A stretch of DNA of 64,000 bases from Eledone cirrhosa (taxonomy: Eukaryota): the NCBI GenBank assembly GCA_964016885.1, contig OZ024740.1:203794001-203858000 (forward strand), read 5' to 3'. The notes beneath the pieces were generated by a model that worked only from the letters and a program-made list of their open reading frames with translations, was not told the DNA's origin and ran no database searches. Below, piece by piece: positions 57,597 through 64,000 of this stretch (position 1 is the first letter of the stretch; every line of letters begins with the position of its first letter). Both the position numbers and the translations under genes were made by a program.

Positions 57597-57693
57597 CAGG
57601 GTGTCCCAAAAATGTATGCACACTTCAACAGTATTCTAATAAATATTGCCTGTACAGGTAATCAAAGTGTGTATACATTTTTTGGACACTCTG
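57597..57693. mobile_element. Tc1/mariner-type MITE (about 100 bp); partial reverse copy at about 22695-22768
   Basis: CAGGGTGTCCCAAAAATGTATGCACACTT / AAGTGTGTATACATTTTTGGACACTCTG. Confidence 0.75.
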
Positions 57694-58119
57694 AATAAAC
57701 AAAATAGGCTTATAGTTATTTAAGCATTTAGCTGATTCGTTTAACGATTTAAAAGTAGCCTTAATCTGGTAAAACACCATCACCTTGTCATTTGATGACT
57801 TTTATAAAGTGCACTCTGTTGCAAGCATTAGAGGCAGGTCTAGAATTTGGGGATATTTTCCTCCTTTCCTCCCACTAGCTTTTGAGGCCCCGAACAGAAT
57901 TATGAGTGCTTTCCGTACTCATCTGAATAAGTGATAAAAAAAAAGGTGGCGGCTTTAACACTATAAATCTGGTTGGTGTTGAGAAACCTCAGTATCGAAA
58001 ACACGTATTATTTATCGACGGAAAACGTTAAAGAATATTGATGTGTATCGCCAGTTGAAAGCATCTCCTATACGTTTAGAATTTAAATTGAAATTATAAT
58101 TCTGGATGTTGTAATGTGT

Positions 58120-58430
58120 TGTAATCTTAGTGGCTAGGGTGTTCTGCTCAAGATAGCAAGGTAGCGAGTTCGAATCCCGGTGACGCGTTGTGTCATTGAG
58201 TAAGATAGTTTATTTTACGCTGCCCCAGTTCACTCAGCTGGAAAAACAATGAGTTCTACCTGTAATTCAAAGGGCCAGGCTTGTCATACACTCTATCACG
58301 CCGAATCTCCCTGAAAACTACGTTCAGAGCACATCCCTGTAAAATGCTCAACCATTTACACGTTAATTTCACGAACAGGCTGTTTCGTTGTTCAAACTAC
58401 TGGAATATTCATCGTCAGAAACAACGGAAG
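58120..58430 (+). mobile_element. tRNA-derived SINE, family B
   Basis: TAGTGGCTAGG A-box, GAGTTCGAATCCC B-box. Confidence 0.78.
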
Positions 58431-59091
58431 TATATCAATAAGATGCTGTAAATATTTTTTTTAATGTTTTAAAGATTTAATTTGCAGTTTATTGCTGAAG
58501 ATTTCACGGAAGATTTTAATACCGCATTTACTCTTAATAATACAATTTCGTGTTTGGTTAAACTTAGCCAAAATACCGAGAGGTTATATATTACTCAATA
58601 CATTATGACTGTTAATGTAAGGCAGAGATGGGTAGGCTGCGAACTTAAGGCCGCGTGTAGATTTCTGAAACTGTCATAGTTTTAATAAATAAGTATATTT
58701 CGTAAAATAATCACTCAATTAACGCATCAGTTAGAGCTTCATTGAAATACATCGAAAAGTGTGGAAATTGTTTTATTATCTTCGCCAAACAAACAATATA
58801 AGAAGTTATACAAGTTGGAGATTTAAACTTTCCTTTGGGAATCAGTCAAACGATAACGTGTTATTTTAGCAGTATTTCTGTGTTCTTCCATGAGTGGAGT
58901 GTACTTAATATTTTGTATTGTTTTAAATCGATCTCTGGCATGTATCTAATCAATAATATATACAACTGAATATAAAATAACATAAACACACATGCATACA
59001 TACATATATACATGCACACACATATATACATATACATACATATATGTATATACATACATATATGTATATATAAACATCTATATATATATAT

Positions 59092-59148
<57 letters not shown>

Positions 59149-59267
59149 TACATATATATACATATATATATACATACATATATATGTATATATGTACACA
59201 CACACACACACACATATATATATACACACACATACACACATACACACACACACATATATATATACAC

Positions 59268-59300
<33 letters not shown>

Positions 59301-59343
59301 CATACATATATATACATATACATACATATATATATATATATAC

Positions 59344-59953
59344 ATGGTGGCTGCCAACTCGTTTTCGAGTACGCCCACTACTTTATATCCATGTAGGAGA
59401 ACCCCTACCGATGCGCTGAACGAGTGTGACCTTTTAGTCCAGCCAGCGACTTGAAAACTCTGGTACAAATACTACACTTGTGACAATTATTGACACATAG
59501 TGTTGGGCCCATGGTACCATGTGACGACAAGTGCAGAGAGATCTCCAGATATAAAGCAATGCCTGTGCCGTGAAGCTTTTATAGTGAGAAAAGGCACTGC
59601 ACAAAGCCAGTCCCACTCTCTTAACCAAGATGATATTTACCAAAAAGAAGAACAAGTCAACATCATTGGATACCATCAGGGTTGCAGGTGTTATATCAGA
59701 GTTTTCCTTCTCCTAGAATTCTGCCTTGACAAAGGCTAAGGGGTCATCTCTCCCAGTGAATTTGGATGGCCATTGACTCTTAAGAGCTCCTTTGCCCTTT
59801 GACAGGTTTTGTTTTTAGTCCTGCAGGATGTCCAAAGTCACCCTCCTCACCAAGAAACGTTGGTGGGGTTGCCAGTTTAGTCGCCAACGACCCGACCATG
59901 AGACAGGTTGTACTGGGATACATGTTACCAGTAGCACCAACTGGTGACCTGAC
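59344..59953 (-). mobile_element. About 610-bp non-autonomous RTE-derived element, apparently full length
   Basis: Near-identical to 25364-25972, embedded in (TACA)n. Confidence 0.85.
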
Positions 59954-60489
59954 ACATACATACATACATATATACATACATATATATATATATACATACA
60001 TACATATATACATACATACATATATATACATACATTTATATATACATATATACATACATATATATATATACATATATACATACATGCATATATATATATA
60101 CATTCATATATACATATATACATATATATACATATATATATACATATATATATACATATATATACATATATATATACATAAATATATATACATACATATA
60201 TACATATATATATACATATATATACATATATATATACATAAATATATATACATACATATATACATAAATATATATATATATATATACGTATATATATATA
60301 TATATATACACATATATATATATATACATATATATATATACATATATATATTTATATATATATAATATATATATATATATACATATATATATACATATAT
60401 ATATATACATACATATATACATATATATATATATACACATACATACAGACATATATATATACATATACATACAGACATATATATATATA

Positions 60490-60533
<44 letters not shown>

Positions 60534-60538
60534 CATAT

Positions 60539-60577
<39 letters not shown>

Positions 60578-60680
60578 CATATATACATACATATATGATA
60601 TTTACATACATACATACATACATATATGATATATACATACATACATACATACATATATGATATATACATACATACATACA

Positions 60681-60716
<36 letters not shown>

Positions 60717-60765
60717 TATACACATACATACATACATATATACACATACATACATATATACATAC

Positions 60766-60797
<32 letters not shown>

Positions 60798-60849
60798 ATA
60801 CATTCATACATACATACATATATATATGTATGTGTGTATATATATATAT

Positions 60850-60912
<63 letters not shown>
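59954..60912. repeat. (TACA)n/(TA)n microsatellite
   Basis: Direct reading. Confidence 0.95.
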
Positions 60913-60916
<4 letters not shown>

Positions 60917-61974
60917 GAAGTTCTAGACACGGGAATCAATAAAACACGGAAAACATTCCATTCGTTCGACAAATAATGCAATGTTTGTTTTTCGACAGAT
61001 ATCGATTTGTATTTTGATCGATAACTGCAGATCATGACTGATTGCTGTATTATTTTGCTATGTCATCCCTTCAATTGTGATTTCATCAACTCGTGGGCAA
61101 AATAGCTGCAGCCAATAATTTTCCAGCTTTCACCGTATTTCAAGAAACCTATTTCATTATACGATCTAATTTTCATCGATTTTCCGCAACCTTTATTCTA
61201 AAAACTCTCAAAATATTGGCTGCAAAGCAAAATTCTAGAGGAAATATTCAGCATTTCTTTTCTAATCAGTTTCATATTGTTTGCTCTATAGTTTCTAATA
61301 ATTACTCACGAGCATTAGAGGAAATATATATTTTCTATAATCAGTTTCCTTAATAAAATATAATTCCTATGTATGTATGTATGGTCGAGTAACTCCTGAT
61401 AGAGTCGAAGAGGCGCCGTATTGACATATGGCGTTTCTTGGGCATTTTAAGCCTGGCGGAGCCCATCACTTTCCAAGCCTGATTACAGCAGATTTCTTCT
61501 AGAGAAAGATAGAAAGTGAGAGAGAGAAAGCGAGAAAGAGATATAGAGGAAGAATCGACTCCAGTATTAAACTGGTACTTTTTTATCGACCTCGCAAAGA
61601 TGACAGGCAAAGTTAAACTCGGCGGGATTTGAACTCAGGGAGTAGAGAGCTGGAACGAATACATAACTGTTTTATAATCACGGCCTAGTGGTTAGGGTGT
61701 TGTACTTACGATCCTAAATCGTGGGGTCGATTCCTTGTCACGTTGGCATGTTGCATTTTTCAGCAAAATACTTTATTTCAAGTTGTCGTTTCTGCTAAGA
61801 GTTGCAATATGCAAATAGTACCAGCAATGGAAAGATAAATAAGAACATTATTTCTCTGATCCTATCTTACTATCGGCTCTTTTCCATTTTAATATAACAC
61901 CGATCAGTATATCAACTGGCCTTCTGTGGTAAACCCCTTCCTGCAATATTATATAGCTCAATGAACAACAACAA

Positions 61975-62360
61975 ATACGCCCACCACTTATGCTGTTCTC
62001 AATGAGATTATTCAGCGTGGTCTGGACACAGCTGGCTTCCCATCACATCTGGAACCGGTGGTGTTAGACCGAGAGGGTGGTAAAAGGTTGGACGGCATTA
62101 CAATTTTCCTGTTCCGTGATGGTAAGCCCATTATTTGGAATGTAATATACAGCAATACCTCTTCCACCAGCAATCAGGTGAAATCAGCGTCAGATACAAG
62201 CTCCGCTGCCCGATACGCTGAAGATCGTACGCGGTCAAAGTACTGGGCAATCTCCAATAGGTTCATCGTCGAATCTAGAGCAGTAGAAACATCCGGCGTC
62301 CTGGGTCTCCGAACCACCTCCCTATTTACTGCAATCGGAACGGAGACCTTTATCTGCAAG
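61975..62360 (+). pseudogene. Restriction-like endonuclease fragment of a CRE-like non-LTR retrotransposon
   Basis: LNEIIQRGL..LEPVVLDREGGKRLDGITIF..DGKPIIWNV..AEDRTRSKY..AVETSGVLG matches the LEP..R.DGKRPDG..W..AE..K..KY..AVET.G pattern. Confidence 0.75.
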
Positions 62361-63004
62361 AATTATTCAATTTATATTAATTATATCTATATTTATAAAA
62401 TTTATATTAATCAAAACTTAGAAAAGGGAATGGCCTAGTGGTTAGGGTGCTGGGCTCACGACCGTAAGGGCATGAGTTCGGTTCCCAAACCGGAAAATGC
62501 ATTGTATTCTTGAACAAGATGTTTTATTTTACGTTTATCTAATACGCTTAGTTGGTAATAAACGAGTTGTATCCTGGCATCCCGTCCGGGAGCGAGATGT
62601 TGACGTTACTGGCACCAAGCTTAGCTCGTTTACTTTCCCTTGGACAACAGCAAAGGCATGAAGAGTAGATGGCAACTGCTGGTTTTCCACAAAACGACTT
62701 GCAACGGCTTGCGTACGCGAGAGGAACATTCCAGGTACAAACCTATAGTCAGTTGTGACCGAAGTGGGAACCCAATTAGAGATTCGAAAGTGCGCCTGTT
62801 TTAAATCTAAACTGAAGATTCCATCTTAGAATAGAGTTGATAAATTACCCGTCATTTTCACTGTATTTATGTTTATTTTAAGTGTGAAATGTGACTTACA
62901 AAACTGAGGCATATAACAGTCTATAATGTATTTTATCAACTTTAAAGTTTTATTTGATATTCGAATTGATGTGAACGCTATAAAATTAGGTCCTATCATT
63001 ATTA

Positions 63005-63360
63005 AGGCTGTGGATTGGCAGAATCGGTGGAGCGTCAGACACCATGCTTTGCAGCATATAGTTGCGGCCTTATATGTTCTGAGTCCAAATACAGTCATGG
63101 TTAGCTTTGCTTTCCATCCTTACGAGGTGGATAAAATAAAGTACCAGTCACGCACTGGGGTCGATTTAATTGACTTTCCCCTACCTCAAAATTGTTGGCC
63201 TTGTGCCTAAATCAGAAACCATTATTAAGGCTGTGAATTGGCAGGGTCGTTAAAGATTAAAAAAGGCCTCAGCATTTATTTCGACTTACTGCGCTCTAAG
63301 TTCAAATATCCCCAAGGTCAACTTTGTCTTTCATCCTTTCGAGGGCGATACATTACCAGT
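63005..63360 (+). mobile_element. Two tandem family-A SINEs
   Basis: AAGGCTGTG(G/A)ATTGGCAG head occurs twice; CTTTCCATCC..GATAAAATAAAGTACC. Confidence 0.75.
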
Positions 63361-64000
63361 CCAATACTAAGATTTGTTCTTCCTCTTTCTCTGGAAGAAA
63401 GCAACTGTGTTCCGATATGGAGAGGGATGGGTTCTACCAGGTTTAAAATTCCAAAGATGTGTCGTGTGTCTGGACGGTGCCCCTACGACTCCACCAAAAG
63501 TTAAGATCCCTTTATTTTACTTTTTACCTATCATTTTTGTTAATTATTTGATAATTTTGTACACATTCTTTTTTTACAAAATACTGGCTTTTTCATTGCA
63601 GTTTACAAATGTTAAAAATATGCTATTCAAAAATCGATAAAGGCTTCATTCTAAAGGGAATTTTATGACCGATACACAGACACAACTACAGTCGAATGTG
63701 ATCAAATGTTTCTGCTCTGTGAAGGAGGAATAAAAAATAGTTGATATGTGGGTATATGGCCAATGGTCTGGAAGCAGAAATAATTTCGATATGGCATACA
63801 TTATATAAATGTCAAAACGACTTAGATATTGATTTTATATTTACATCGAATCATTACTCAAGACGCATCCTTTCGAAAACCGATGTAATCTTAAAAAAAT
63901 ACTTGAAAAACGATGTAATCTTGAAAAAAGTCCAAGAAATATAGGTTGTTTAGATTTTACACTTAAATGAGTTCCTCTGTGGCATTGACGTCATAAGATG

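Overview
Eukaryotic, very AT-rich, repeat-saturated DNA with no confidently identifiable host gene. The SINE types and microsatellite load suggest an invertebrate, probably a cephalopod such as Octopus (inference). Most long ORFs in the track are translated (TA)n/(CA)n/(TACA)n microsatellite. The real coding remnants all come from transposons: four Penelope-like elements (RT and/or GIY-YIG), RTE LINE pieces (one with a twin-priming-type inversion, one with three C2H2 fingers), and CRE-like and Tc1/mariner fragments. There are also tRNA-derived SINEs, hAT and mariner MITEs, a Helitron-like element and five near-identical non-autonomous RTE-derived elements. The main signal is RNA-level. By eye I find about 17 type-I hammerhead ribozyme motifs with an intact core (stem I - CUGANGA - stem II - GAAA - mostly palindromic stem III - UH - stem I) and about 10 decayed or variant ones. 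They sit in many mutually dissimilar short non-coding inserts within TA microsatellites, often with fold-back inverted repeats. Standouts are a 465-nt tandem-hammerhead unit (retrozyme/circRNA-like), a family whose three hammerhead strands occur in reversed order, a palindromic half-hammerhead family, and compensatory stem changes between copies. All folds were done by hand and none has been tested.
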